Source: the human T2T-CHM13v2.0 reference genome, Homo sapiens. Taken from it: a stretch of 64,000 bases of DNA. A model generated the notes under the pieces. That model saw only the letters and a list, made by a program, of their open reading frames with translations, did not search any database and had not been told where the DNA came from. Made by a program: the position numbers and the translations under genes. The number at the start of each line of letters is the position of its first letter. Positions within the stretch are counted from its first letter, which is position 1. Below are positions 12,693 to 29,257 of the stretch, piece by piece. Where the stretch lies: assembly GCF_009914755.1 (NCBI RefSeq), contig NC_060927.1, one strand, 5' to 3'.

Positions 12693-15600
12693 AGAGGATC
12701 CTTGAGCCAAAGAGATTAAAAATCTCTAGTCTGGTGGCAGACAAACAAAACCAGAAATTTCAGTTCTCCCCTAACAGGATAAGTGTTCTTAAAGAGATGA
12801 ACATGGGGGTAATAGGAAGACCCCTAGGGGAGGAAAAGGAATTAGGAAAGAGAAAGGACTTCACCAGGTAGAAACAAAGGAAAGCACTTATCCAAATATT
12901 TTTAACATTTTTAATCTTTTCTGTCTACCTCATGTCATTTCCTAAAGTCAAACCCTCAGCTCAGAGGACAGAGGATATTTGCAAACATTATTTATGTTCG
13001 ATGAGGGAGAAAGTGTCATCAGTCCTCTGCAATAGCGACAGGTAGTGCCTCATCCAAGGCTGAGTTTTGTGAGACACTGGGGAGCTGCCCGCCGCGCGGG
13101 TGACAAACCAGCCAGCAGAGCAGGGATCTGAGCATCACCTATTTGCTTGCCTGCCTGCTCTATGTGGAGTGGAGTCTAACTTGATAGGAACTGTTTGTTA
13201 CATTATTTACTAAGTGTCTCTAATCTCACCTTTTTATGTGTATGGGCTTCCTACAGAGTGAGGAGACAAATCTACTCCCAGAAGAGACGTTACAAGAATG
13301 TTAGCTGAAATGTTGAATAACGATAACTTCCTTTGAGTTCCTTGCAACGTTCTAATCCACCATGATAAAACTTTCATGTTTTGTCAGCTATTGTAATTTT
13401 GCTTTCACAAATGCAATACAAATTCTTCCCGTATAAGTGACTTTCACGTTTAGCGGTAACTTTCAGGAAAATTTTACTATTGTGATTTTAGATGGCATGT
13501 GTTTTAGGAGCTCTATAAAACACACACACCTAAAAGGTTTATATTTGAATTCCTTTCATTTTAGTCAGCTGTAGACAAGTTTTAGTCAACATTTTTAAAT
13601 AATTGACTCCATTATATTTGATAAAATATAGGTTAGTTCTGAAGGCAACAGTTAGCACTTACTTGAAGAGTTTTTTTTTTTTCTTTTAATCTCCAGAAAG
13701 CTTGTAAACCTAAAATAATTTTCACGTCCCTGTGAGGGAAGTAAGAAGTTCCAGAATTCCCAGCTTTTATAAAAGAAAACTGAGGCATGGAATAGAACTG
13801 AAATTGAATTAAAATTATGGAAAATTATTGAAAGTAAAGGTCTTAAAGCTGAACAGAGAACACCGTTCGGCTGAGCAAAAGTTGCTACATCTTGTACCTG
13901 TCTCATCATCTGTTGACATAAGGAGAAACATTCGACTTGTAATAATTGTAGAGGTTAGAAACTGTAATTAAAACTATGTAACATTAATTGATGGACTTAG
14001 AAAGATTTATGTGCCTTGGAATAAAAGTACTTTCAACTAGTTTAGATTTATATTTGTGACTTGTCAATTTTGCATATGGGTGTGTCATTTTTAAATTGAA
14101 GTAAGTATGCAGTTATTCAAGTGTGCAAAATGCTCCTGCTTTCTCTGAGCTACTGGCTTACACCAAAGCAGGCTAACAGAGAGCCATTTGAGCCATTCCA
14201 CTGTGGGTCTCTATCATGAGCCGTGATTGCCATTTTAAAATGACTATGTCTAATCTATGACAAACCTCAAGAATTCTGTCAAACCAGTACCTTGGAGTTT
14301 TATGTATTGCTCTGCCATTTCCCAATACAGGATTGCGTCTGGCTGATTTTCTTAAACTAACTTCTTCTTGGTTTTAGACGGTTGCCCAGAAGGTGGCATA
14401 GAAGTCACCAGCTGGGTAGTACAATGAAAATAAATGGTTTTCTCCACCAAGATAATCATTCCATGAAAGGAGCGTGTGGATACAGGCAGACAAGGTAGCT
14501 TGCCTGTGAGACAAGCTCATGTGAGAAGCATGAGCAATGGACAAGGAGAGCGAAGCAGAGGGGAATGATTTTAATTTTGGCCTTAATAATTATTGGCTGA
14601 TAATTTTCTAAACAGCTATCACTTTTCCAGTTATTCTCTGCCTTTGATCTCGTTATCTCTGATCGACCATCCTTGTTAATTTTCTTAGCTCATGAAAATT
14701 ACTGTTTGGAATTTTAAACTTTTTCTATGTAGTGGTTTCTTAAAAGAGTTTTTTAAAGACTATCTCAAAGGTTGAACCTGTTACGTTGTCCTAGCTTTCA
14801 AGTCTCTAAAATGATCAGATAAGTGTTAAGATTGTTAAACTTAAAAAAAAAATACACATTATCCTTGATAGTTTTTATTGTGAAATCAAACTCACACATA
14901 TGTAAATGTCTCTACTTGGATCACGTAATGGCAAACATTTTATCATGTCAAATGTAAATGAATAGTAAGGCGGTGGAAATTTTTTTCAAATCCTTATCCC
15001 CTTCCCAATTAAGAAAACACATTTTCCAGATGGAACCAGGTGGTTCAGAATGTGACTGGTATTGCCGGTGAGCGCTGTGTTGGAATTGTGAGTGCAGGAG
15101 TAATCACGCTCCTTCCTAAAAGAGGGAGCTATCTTCACATCTCCATTTGCATAATTGATCCAGTATGAAGTAAGTCCTGTAGCAGATGAGCACTCTGGGG
15201 ATCCCTTGTTTGTTTCAGCACGTTCAATGTCTTGGAGGCATTACCCATCAAGCCAGTGTGTAAGTGCATCCTCCTCACGGCTTTCCTGGGTGCCCATCCA
15301 AGCTTCTTAAACTAATGATAATACAATCAGAGACATAAAAATGCTTCTTTTGGACACATTTTTCATGTTACAATGATAGAGTGTTTATGACTCAGAGTCA
15401 CCCCCTTCACTGCCGCTGCTTTATTTAGCGACAGCAGGCAGTATAGGAAAGCAGGCAGCTGCGAAAGTTTCCTACCAAGATGAAAGTCACGAAATTCTTA
15501 CTAAACATGGCTTGGCTATCAATGATGAAACAGGTCTGGATTCTTGGGGCTGTGGCTCACAGAAGCACCATTGTCCCCATCTCTCGTCTGAATATTTTAA

Positions 15601-16655
15601 GGTCAGATTGCAATTCAGACTCAAGCAGGTGGGAATCTCAAAAATGAGATGTGGTTTTATTAACCTGACTATGTTGTTGGGGTAACTCCGTTGTGGTGGT
15701 TGCTTTTCATTTTCTATTCAGCTATTTATGGTGCATATATAGAAACCAGAATCTTTTAGAGTAATGGGGCCAATCAGACATACACAAATTTTAAACACAC
15801 ACACACACAACTCTTGAGGAGTGCCCAGACCATGAGCAGTGGTGGCCACACACTTCGAAAAAGTTACAGCAGAGATACAAATGTGGAAATGTCTACCAGT
15901 AAACAAAGCAAGTAAATTATTTAGAGGGTAATTTTTGCACATTCATATACTGTACTAAAAATGACTTTGATGTACACAAAATTAAAGGACTCATCTGAAG
16001 CCTAGGAAAATTACCTTCAAAGCACTGGGAGGCTGGAGCTAAGCCTAGGATGTGGGGGTCTGCGGGGCATTACTCTCTGCCCTAGACGCCTGCTTCTGAG
16101 AACAGTAGGTAGTAGGATTGAAGAGGGAGAGAGTGGGTGGGCTGGGTGGTGTATATAAAGTCCAGGTAATGGAAAACATTATCCACCTTTCAGGGAGCTT
16201 AAGATTTATCCCACAAGTAATGGAAATTTACTGAAGAAGTGAAACAAACAAATAAAAAGTATCATCAGGTTTGCCTCTTAGAAAGAGTTCTGCATATGCA
16301 GGATAACTTTCTCAAGGATATAATTAAGAGAAAGAAAATAAATTAGGAAGCTGTTTCTAACTCAAGTGATTGGGAAAGCAGTGATGTCATTTGAGGACTT
16401 AGGTAGGAGAAGCAGGTTTTAGAGAGAACGTAATATTTCACCCTGAGTGTGGTAAGTTTGATGTGTCCTTAGCGTATTCACGTAGAGATGTAAATGATTG
16501 ACTGAACAAGTAAAAACAATACTATAAAAATATTTGAAACATTGATTGGGGACTTATCAGAACAGAGAGAATAGTAGGTAAACATTAATAGTAGGTAAAC
16601 ATAAACATAAGAACTAATTGATCAATATATGTAGAATACTTAAAACTGTGGAGAG

Positions 16656-19312
<2,657 letters not shown>

Positions 19313-19326
19313 AAAACTGTGGGGAG

Positions 19327-19612
19327 ATTTGGTCAAAGGGTACAGTATCTGTTACAGGATGAATAAGTTCTGGAGACCAACTGTAACAGCATGAAAACTA
19401 TAGTTAATAGTAATGCATTGTATTACTATTTCCAAGAGAGGAGATCTTAAATGCTCCCACCACACACACAAAAATAACTCTATGAGGTGATGGACATATT
19501 AGTTAGCTTGATTGTGGTAATCATTTCACAATGTATACATATTTCAAAACATCACATTGCAGACCATAGGGTATACAATTTTTACTTGAAATTATATCTA
19601 CATAAAGATAAA
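19327..19612 (+). mobile_element. Older L1M 3'UTR fragment
   Basis: GGATGAATAAGTTCTGGAGA...GAGGTGATGGACATATTAGTTAGCTTGATTGTGGTAATCATTTCACAATGTATACAT. Confidence 0.8.
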
Positions 19613-19653
19613 AAGGGGTACTTAAAACCATTTCTGGCACATGGCACATTGTA

Positions 19654-19981
19654 CAATTGGCCCTCTATCTCTATGGGTTCCACATTCTCAGATTCAATCA
19701 ACTTTGGATTGAAAATATATAAAAATAATAATAAAAAGCATAACAATATAATGATAAAAAATAAAATAAAAAACAATACAGTGTAAGAAGTATTTATATA
19801 GCATTTACATTGTTTGAGGTATTATAAATAATCTAGAGATGATTTAAACTTATGGGAAGATGTTAGTGGATTATATGTAAATCCTCTTGTCATTTTATAT
19901 TGGGGACTTGAGCCTTTGTGAATTTTGGTATGGGGGGAGGTGTCCTAGAAGCAATGCCCTGTGGATACCAAGGGACTACTG
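19654..19981. mobile_element. TcMar-Tigger-family MITE (MER2/MER8-like)
   Basis: Imperfect TIRs CAATTGGCCCT / AGGGACTACTG. Internal TTTACATTGT...GGTATTATAAATAATCTAGAGATGATTTAAA. Confidence 0.8.
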
Positions 19982-20184
19982 CATGCACTAAATAAATGTC
20001 TGTTCTTAATGATTACTATAATTATACTCTCTAATGAAGTTTCATTTCTTAAAAGCACTTATGTAGATCTGTGATTACGTATTCATCTCCATGATTATTT
20101 GGTTGAATATCCTTCCTAAGAGGGAACAAACTCCATGAGGGCAGGGACTGAATCTGTTTTAATTTGCTTTTGTTTGTTTTTAAT

Positions 20185-20730
20185 TATTTTTATTTTGAAA
20201 TACTTTCAGACTTCCAGAAAATTCCCAAAAATAGTACAGAGAATTCTTGTACATTCTTCCTTTAGTATCCCCTAATGTTAAAATCTTATATAACCACAGT
20301 GCAATTATTGAAACCAAGAAGTTAAAACTGATAAACAATGCTCTTGACTGAACCATATAGTTTACTTGAATTGCCAGTTTCCCTCCAGTATGTCTTTCTT
20401 CTAGTCCAGGATCCTACATTGCACTCGGTGGACTTGTCCCCCTAGTCTCCTTCAATCTATGATGGTTATTATTTCCTCCTTTGTCTTTTTAGACTTTAAC
20501 ACCTTTGAAGGGTACTAGTCTTCAATAAACCCTCCACTTGGATTTGTCTGGTGATTTCTCATATTAGAATGTAGCTGCATTTTTGGCAAGAATACTATAG
20601 AAATCCTATTATACCTTACTAGTTCATCTCCCAGGGGGCACATACTGTCACTGTGTCTGATTATTGGTGATATTAACTTTGATCACTTGATTACAATAGT
20701 CTGCTAGGTTTCTTTACTATAAAGTTACTA
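20185..20730 (-). mobile_element. L1MC-type 3'UTR remnant
   Basis: TTTTATTTTGAAATACTTTCAGACTT...CAAAAATAGTACAGAGAATTC...CCAGGATCCTACATTGCA. Confidence 0.7.
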
Positions 20731-21489
20731 GCCTATTTTTGATCACCATTGTGTCTTCAACTCTGCACAATGCCTGGCAATAATAATTAATTAGTAAACA
20801 TTTACTCATAAATGAACGAATGCTCACTGACTAAATTTTTCTCCTCAAAGGAGTGCAGCTGAGCAATGCACTGCCTTTCTGTTTGTCCAAGCTTGGCACA
20901 GCCCGTGTTGGAAGCAGTGGTTGTAATTTCCAAGATTTTCCCTGAAAAGAGCAAATAGGTGCTGCATTTCTCCCCTCGTATGACATCAAGGCTGTACTTA
21001 CTAAACGCACAGATTGATCATTATCTGTTGTGGGGATGGGGTCCCAATTCTTTTGTGAAAATATGGGGTAGCTGAGATGAGGTCACATGGCTCTGGAAGT
21101 CAGAATCTGAAGCAATCAAGGATCTCCTTTTCATTTTTTCCCTTTGAGACAGTTTTCTTTCCACAGGGTAAAGGCAGAGTCCACATTTAAGAAATACTTC
21201 AATGACAAAAAGTTTACAGGCAGGAGAGCTAGTGATCTCTGTCAGGCGTTTGTATAAATTCTTGAGTCTTAGAAATATTATTATACATATTATACATTTC
21301 TCCATTTCCGTAGTTAAAGGAAAAAAAAATGAAAATGTTCTTGTCTCCAATCCTAATTTACTCAGTAATTAATCTGAAATGAAAGCTAATTTCTTTGCTT
21401 ACTTTGACAAATATTTTAGAACAAAGGGGTTACTTTAATTTTTTTAACTGACTCGCTAATCTATTTTTGATGACACTAATCTTTTTTGG

Positions 21490-21660
21490 CTGGAGGCAGT
21501 GGCTGAGTGGCCTCCACATCACCGTTGTTCAACCTAGACTCCCTGGAGCCAGAGGTTCAAATCCGAGCGGGGTCACCCCAGCAGAAGGCTGATAAATTGA
21601 GTGCCTTATGATGTAGTCCTGACAGAGAGGCGATCTTTCAGCAGTACTCTTGAAAGCTTA
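21490..21660 (+). mobile_element. Probable ancient tRNA-derived SINE (AmnSINE2/MamSINE1-like)
   Basis: Pol III A box TGGCTGAGTGG (21500-21510) and B box GGTTCAAATCC (21554-21564), then GGGTCACCCCAGC...GATAAATTGAGTGCC resembling the Deu/Nin-domain core. Confidence 0.55.
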
Positions 21661-23305
21661 AGTTTTCTCTAGACATTAATGATCCTCAAATAAAATAGAC
21701 CACAGTGTCCAAAGCATATTTCTCATTAGTCCTCTAACCCCAAATGCATGAAAGAATGTTTATGATAGAGGGGGGAGGTTAATCGTGTTGAAAAAGACCA
21801 ACTATGCCAAACACTAGAAGATCCCAAACAGGTGTAATGGAAGACAAATCTACTGGAAGCCTCAACAGCATACACAAATCCAACCTTCTCACCCGCAGTA
21901 GTGGAATCCAATGCCTTTTGACATTAAATATTCCTTCTGAAACAGATAGTAAAATATGCTTAGAAAGTATAAAGACAGAAGTGTGTTATGGAAATTTAGG
22001 CCCCGTGGAAATGGTGCAAGTGAAAATTGTGAACCAGTCCCTACATTCTCTCTTCATTGTGTTTCCCTATGATCTCTCTCTTCACCACGACACACAGATA
22101 TACGCAGGCAAACACAGTGAGCTAATGCATGCTCATGAGGCATAAAAATGTCAGTGGAAGACATTGTTTTCTAACACATTATTCGGTAAGCACGTGATTA
22201 CAGTAAGGGAAGAAACCCAGCCAGCTTGCTGGAGACCTGGGGTGAAAAATAAATAAGTCAGTCTCACTTCACAAATTTCACCAAGGAAAGCCATGCAGTT
22301 TGTAGGGACCTTCTTTTCATTGTATTACACACTCACACACACACACAAGTGATGTTAAATACATGTGTAATATGTAAATAGGTGATGTGTAAATACACAC
22401 ACCGACCTAATACATGCATACTCACACGTACATTCTCTATTTCATTATCTTTCTGGGTTTATGTTTTCTACCTGAAATAATCAAAGGAGTAATTGTTCAT
22501 AATCAGAAGTATAACTAACACAGTTGGGTTACTTATGGGCTATGGAAATAGTTACTCAATTATTAACTGAATTTAACTATTTTCCCTTGGGTTCAACTCA
22601 TTCATTTATTTTTCATTCAACAAATGTTAATAAACATTTTTGGTCAAAGTAGCATTCCATTCACTTTACCTCTGTTCCATTTGTGCCATTTGTGTGTGTA
22701 GGGGTGTGTGTGTGTGTAAGCGTGCATACCTGACAATTCATCTAGATGTTAACCTTCTAAAAGGCAAGAATAATGACCACAGAAGAACAAGAAAAATTAT
22801 CCATAGACTAGTGAGTTCAGCTCCAGGGGAAATGCTAAAGGAATAAGATTTCAATATTCCAGTGATGACCAAACAGAAAAATTGTTTATAAAACCAGAAA
22901 AAAATAGAAATATGCCATATGACCTCTCTGGACAACACTATTTTTAGTGCCAGTCCAAAATGGAGTAAAATTGCATTTACAAAGGAAAGTACTTATTAAT
23001 GGCATTAGGAAGACTTTCCTGGCTAGAAGTCTTGTGAAAGAATGGAACATTGCCTTCCCTTTTTGAAGAGTAGATTCTTACAATTTAAGAGCTGAGAAGC
23101 ACTATAAAAATTATCTAATTCATTGCCTCTTAATCTTTTGAGGGGTCATGTACCCCTTTTAGAATCCAATTAAAACCATAGACTTTCCTCCCCCTAAAAA
23201 AAACACATACAAAATGTGGTATAATATTTCAGAGGGTTTATGCATGCCCCCTTAACCTCAACTATAACTCAAGGTTATGAACTCTTTATCTATTCAATAT
23301 TCCTC

Positions 23306-23389
23306 TTGTACAGATAAATAAACTAAAGCTCAGTGGTTCGGTAGTCCCATTGTACAGGTGAATAAACTAAAGCCCAGAGGTTAGGTAAT
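23306..23389. repeat. Old 44-bp tandem duplication in a MIR-like segment
   Basis: TTGTACAGATAAATAAACTAAAGCTCAGTGGTTCGGTA and TTGTACAGGTGAATAAACTAAAGCCCAGAGGTTAGGTA. Confidence 0.8.
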
Positions 23390-23392
23390 GAA

Positions 23393-23767
23393 TATTATGC
23401 ACTGAATTATGTCTCCCAAAACTTCATATCTTGAAGTCCTAACCCTCAAAAGGTGACTGTATTTGAAGTTAGGGTCTTTAAGGAGGTAATTGTGTTAAAA
23501 CAAGGTCATTAGTGTGGTCATTAATACAGTAAGACTGGTGTCCTCATATGAATCAGAAATTTGGACACAGACACATACAGAGGGAGGACCATGTGAAGAT
23601 ACTGGAAGATAAGCCAACTACAAGCCAAAAAAGAGGCTTCAGAAGAGACAACCCTGCCAACCTCTTGATCTCAGACTTCCAGCCTCCAGAACTGAGAAAA
23701 AAAATTATATTATTAAAGCCGCCCAGGCTGTGGTACCTTGTTACAGTAACCTTAGCAAGCTAATACA
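23393..23767 (+). mobile_element. MLT1 (MLT1B-like) solo LTR
   Basis: CTGAATTATGTCTCCCAAAA...GATCTCAGACTTCCAGCCTCCAGAACTGAGA...GCAAGCTAATACA. Confidence 0.88.
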
Positions 23768-24459
23768 GGTAATAAATCCAAGTTATTTAACTATCTAATG
23801 GTAGAACCAGAAACGGTATCAGACTTCTGTCTAATCCAATTCTCTTTCAAGTGTTGTATGTCTTTGAATGGAAAGTAATGAAACAGATACATTGATATTC
23901 CAAGATTACTTTTCTCCCACTAAGTCTGTAATATTATTCATTTATCGAATTAAAATTTTTAAATGCCCTTTGTCAAATCTTCTGAACACTTGTAAAATTA
24001 GGGAAAAGAAGTTATGCTCTGGTTCGTTAGAAAAAATTTAAATATATTTGTTTACAATGAAAATGTTGTAAATATTCTTTGTAAATGGTGAGTCTCCCCA
24101 ATCCCAACTCTTAAATAAATATCTATAATACTAAGATGTTTTAGTATGAGTCCTTTTCCATTTATAGCTCAGAATAAGTCATTGTAATTAGTAAGACTCA
24201 AAACTAAGTATGGAATCCCATCTAGAAGGGGCCCCATCATATCACAAATGAGATTATGCTTCAGGTATAATTAGTTTAGTTGGCTAAATGCAAGACTTCA
24301 AAATTAAAACATCTAAATTTTAATCTCTGTTACTCCACTAATTAGAGTAGTGACCTTGGGTGAGTTTCTCATCCTCTCTAAGTTTCAACACCTTCTTCAA
24401 TAGTGTGAGGATAATAGTAATCTCCATAACAGAGGGTTATTGTGAGGATTAAATAAAGT

Positions 24460-24507
<48 letters not shown>
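24460..24507. repeat. (TA)n(TG)n microsatellite
   Basis: Direct reading. Confidence 0.97.
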
Positions 24508-24508
<1 letters not shown>

Positions 24509-24539
24509 CCAAAGTAAATATCTGATATACAAAAATATA

Positions 24540-25480
24540 CAAATATTTTAAAATCTGCAAAATATACAAAATTAACCCAAAATTGATTATAGGCATAAGA
24601 AAACCTAAAACTATAAAACTTCTAGAAAAAAAACATAAAAGGAAATCTGTGTGGCTTAGGGTTATACAAAGGTTTTTAGATCATACACAGAAAGTACAAT
24701 CCATGAAAGAAAAAAATTGGTCTTCCTCAAAATTAAAAACTTCTGCTCTCCAAAGGACACCATTAAATGAAAAAGCAAGCCGCAGAATGCAAGAAAATAT
24801 TTGCAAAATGCATGTCTGTTAAAGGACTTGTATCAGAATATACGAGGAATTCTTACAACTCAATAAAAAATATTTTTATTGAGTTTTTTAAAAGGCAAAA
24901 TATTTGAACATATCTTTCATCAAAGAAGGCATATGAATGGCAAATAAACAAATGAAAGATACTTAACATCATTAGTCATCAGGGAAATTAAAATTAAAAT
25001 TACATTAAGAATCTACTTCACACCCACCAAAATGACTGATGCCATAAAGACCCACTACAGCAAGCTTTGGAGAGGATGTGGAGCAACTGCAATTCTCATA
25101 TATCGCTGATGGGAAAGCAAAATGGTACAACTACTGAAGAAAACCATTTCTCAGTTGCTTAGAAAGTCAAATGTAACACCTACCATATTACTTATCAATT
25201 CAACTCTTTGCTATTTACCCAAGAGAAATAAAAACAGGCAGACACAAAAACTTGCAGCACAATTGTTGATAACAGGCTCATCATGATAGTGAACGCTGAG
25301 GTTGGAAGGAAAGATGGACTCCAAAGAGATCAAAGGAATCTCTTGGCGGTGACAGAAATGTTCTTTTTCTTGAGTATGGCTGTGTTTCATGACTGTATAC
25401 ATCTTTCAAAAGTCAAAAAATTATATATATTGAGTAGATACAATTTGTTGCACATAAATTATACCTCAATCAAGTTTAAA
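24540..25480 (+). mobile_element. Old L1M (L1MC/ME-like) ORF2 3' part and UTR
   Basis: Degenerate KPKTIKLLE...KLKTSALQR; GAGGATGTGGAGCAACTG...TTTACCCAAGAGAAATAAAAAC. Confidence 0.8.
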
Positions 25481-26003
25481 CAAACAAATAATGCCAGACC
25501 AGGAGGCAGGACTTTGAAGCATGAGTTCCTGTTCTGTTCCTGCAGGCCATTTGCAAGTTACTAAACTTTTTGGACTCTAAATTGTCATGGAACAGATTGT
25601 TTGTAAACCACTGTGCTTATACAAAATGTTACAACACTTTGAATTAATGTATTAATAAGGTACAACACAGAAGCTGAAGTCAGACTGTTTGACAAGAAGT
25701 TTACAGCCTGGCTCCACTACTTAATAGCTGTCTGATCTTAGACAATTTACTTTACCTTTCTGTGTGGTGTTTCCTGATCTGTAAGATGAAAATATTAATG
25801 AGAAGTTAACATATCAATATAAGAACAGTGCTTAGAAAACTGCCTGGCACTTAAGCAAGTATTTGTTATTATGGTTAGCAAATATTATTGTTAAGAGCAC
25901 AAATGTAGGGTGTAAATCCTGGCTCTACACATTTTGGTGTAGGCAAGTTGCTTTGAATGACCAACATTCCCAGCTTGACTGGCATATTAGTTTGCTAGGG
26001 CTG

Positions 26004-26536
26004 TGTGTTAGTCAGGGTTCTCTAGAGGGACAGAACTAATAGGAAACATGTATATATGAAAGGGAGTTTATTAACGAGAATTGACTCAGGATCACAAGGT
26101 AAAGTCCCACAATAAACTGTCTGCAAGTTGAGGAGCACAGAATCCAGTGGTGAATCAGTCTGAGTCCCAAAACCTCAAAAGCAGGGAAGCTGACAGTGCA
26201 GCCTTCAGTCTCCACAACCACTGTTGTAAGTCCAAGAGTCCAAAAGCTGAAGAACTTGAAGCCTGATGTTCAAGAGCAGGAAACATCCAGCACAGGAGAA
26301 AGATGAAGACTGGAAGACTCAGCAATTCTGCTCTTCCATCTTCTCCTGCCTGCTTTATTCTAGCCACACTAGCAGCTGATTAGATGGTGCCCGCTTAGAC
26401 TGAGGGTGGGTCTTCCTCTCCGAGTCCACTGACTCAAATGTTAATCTCCTTTGGCAACACCCTCACAGATACATCCAGGAACAATACTTTGCATCCTTCA
26501 ATCCAATCAAGTTGACACTCAGTATTAACCATCACA
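26004..26536 (-). mobile_element. MLT2A (ERVL) solo LTR nested in MLT1
   Basis: TGTGTTAGTCAGGGTTCTCTAGAGGGACAGAACTAATAGG ... CAAGTTGACACTCAGTATTAACCATCACA. 5-bp TSD GGCTG at 25999-26003 and 26537-26541. Confidence 0.92.
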
Positions 26537-26822
26537 GGCTGCCATAACACAATATCACAGACTAGCGGCTTAAAGAACATACATGTATTTTCCCACAGTT
26601 ACAGAAGCTAAAGTCCAAGGTCAAGAGGGCCAGCAGGGTTGTTTCTTCTGTGTCCTTTCTCCTTGACTTGTAGATAGCTGCCTTCTCCGTATGTCTTTAC
26701 ATGGGCTTTTCTATGTACATGTCTGTCCATATTTCCTCTTCTTATAAGGATTTCCAGTCCTATTGGACTAGAGCCCACCTTAATGATCTCATTTTAACTT
26801 AGTTCTCCATTTAAAAACTCTA

Positions 26823-27146
<324 letters not shown>

Positions 27147-27781
27147 TTATGGTCATATTCTGAAGTACTGAGGGTTAGAATCTGAATTTGGTGAAGTGGA
27201 GACATAAATGAGCTTGAACTGAAGGGTTCCCAGAACATGAGACTTTCTGTGCTAAAACTAGGAGAGTCCTGGGCAAATTGGAATGATTGGTCACGTACAT
27301 TTAGCTCTTAACTTCTCTATGATGAAATTTGTCCATGTGTAAATTGGTGAATATGGTAGAGCCTACCACAAATATTGTTTTGAAAATTAAAATGGGAAAA
27401 TATATTTGAATTACTTGAAAAACTGCCTTGCCCATAGAATGAGGATTTATTATGTAAATTTAACAAAGATGAGATGATTCAAGGGATTTGAAATCAATGA
27501 CCTCAGGATCTCTTGAGGTCAAAAAGTCCAAGGGCTTCCTGTTAACTGAAATGTTGAGAAGTACAATAAATCAATAGGCTAATAAGATAATCAAGATTTT
27601 GACAATTTACTGAGAAATGTTGCAGTACTAGCTCTTACGTGCCCGAAGTGTGGATTCTGCTAATTATTCCAACATACGGTCTAATAAATTAGAGTGACCT
27701 TAAATATTCCCCTGGGCAGGTTTAAATTCTCCATTTGTAATGAACAAGCTTTAAAAAAAAAAAAAAACAAATAAACTGGAG

Positions 27782-27814
27782 ATGGGAGGGAGTACTATGG
27801 GAGGGAGTACTATG
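27782..27814. repeat. Perfect 15-bp tandem duplication
   Basis: ATGGGAGGGAGTACT x2. Confidence 0.9.
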
Positions 27815-29257
27815 TCCATGTCAGTCATAACTCAAATGCTTTGTCTTCAACAGATGGCAGATTTCCTCTACTATTTCCCATATTGAAAAGTTCCTATTTG
27901 ACTGACTTTTCCCAGGGTCATTACATCTTGTATGTAATGAAGAATATAGCTATATACAGCAGTCTCTTAAAATATCTTAATTCTTCAATTGAACTATTAC
28001 CGAAATGAATGTCTTTGTTAATTAAAAGAAATTATTGCATTATAGTATATGTATCTTTGAATTCCAAGAAACTTTCCTGCCTTTCTTTGGGAGCCTATTG
28101 GTCATGACTATCATGTAATTCTGATTACTCTCAACAAGGCAAGGATCTTGAGATGCTTTAAAGAGTAAGAACCAGGCCAGACTTATGAAGAATATATTTG
28201 CCACTTATGTAATAAAAATGAAGCAAGCCTGAAAACTTTGTTTTGAATAATCCAAAAAGGTTCATTTCATCTCCCCACCTAGATAGCCAGAAAGATGGAA
28301 ACACAGTTTTAGGTGTGTGAGATCATGAGCATATCTGAAAAGAAGCATGTTTTAATCAGAAGGATTTTGAATGTCAAATGAGAACTGAATATGGTATACC
28401 ATGGAAAGAGGGTGCAAGCTTAATTCTCCTATCCCCATGCTATTTACTGTGAAGTTCAGAGAACAAAACATGCAATTGCAATAGGTCGATATTAACTTGC
28501 ATAGCAACCGTGAATGAGTCCCAGACCACATAAGACTTAGACCCCTTTGGATTTTACCCTTAGAATAAACACTCAAGCCCTGCATAACATATAAGGTACC
28601 ACATGACCCAGCCCCTTTTTTCTTCTCTCGCTTCTCTTATTCTATCTGTACTCTAGGCACAGTGGCCTTCCTTTTTGTTCCTCTAATAAATCATGATCCC
28701 ATCCATTGCCATAAATTTAAATACTGTCTTTACACTAATGACTCCAAAATTTTTATCACCAGCCATGGTGATAAAAAACATGAGCTCTCTCCTGAGTTCG
28801 AAACCCATGTACTCAACAGTCCACTTGACATCCTCACTTTAATAGCCAGAAGCTATCTTAGATCTAATTTATCTAACTTGTTCAGCCCTTAGAAGCAGAC
28901 TCTGAGATAAATATGTATGTTCAAATTATTTATTTAGAAGATGATACCACGGAGCACTGGGAAGAGAGTGGGGAGTAAGATAGAAAAAGGTAGAAAGCCA
29001 ATTAAAGATGCATTTTTGAGCAGGTTTCTACTGTGGACAACTGGGGCACAACCCTCCTGGGAAACTCCAGGAGACTGTGTAGAACATGCTTCTTAATTAC
29101 TCCACTCAAAAGCTGAGGAAGCTGGTGGATTTATTCAGCAACCCCAACTTCATTAGCTCTGGGACACTCTGGAAGATATAACCCCATGGCACTTCCAGCC
29201 TCCCTACACCACAGGCTTGAGAGAGAGCTTTTGGAAGGAGAGTTGCAGGTGCTTGCC

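Noticed and set aside
21490-21575. tRNA gene
   Set aside because: A and B boxes are present, but there is no acceptor or anticodon stem pairing. Treated as a SINE head.
27499-27522. TGACCT-n12-AGGTCA everted half-sites
   Set aside because: 8-bp arms and non-standard spacing, expected by chance.
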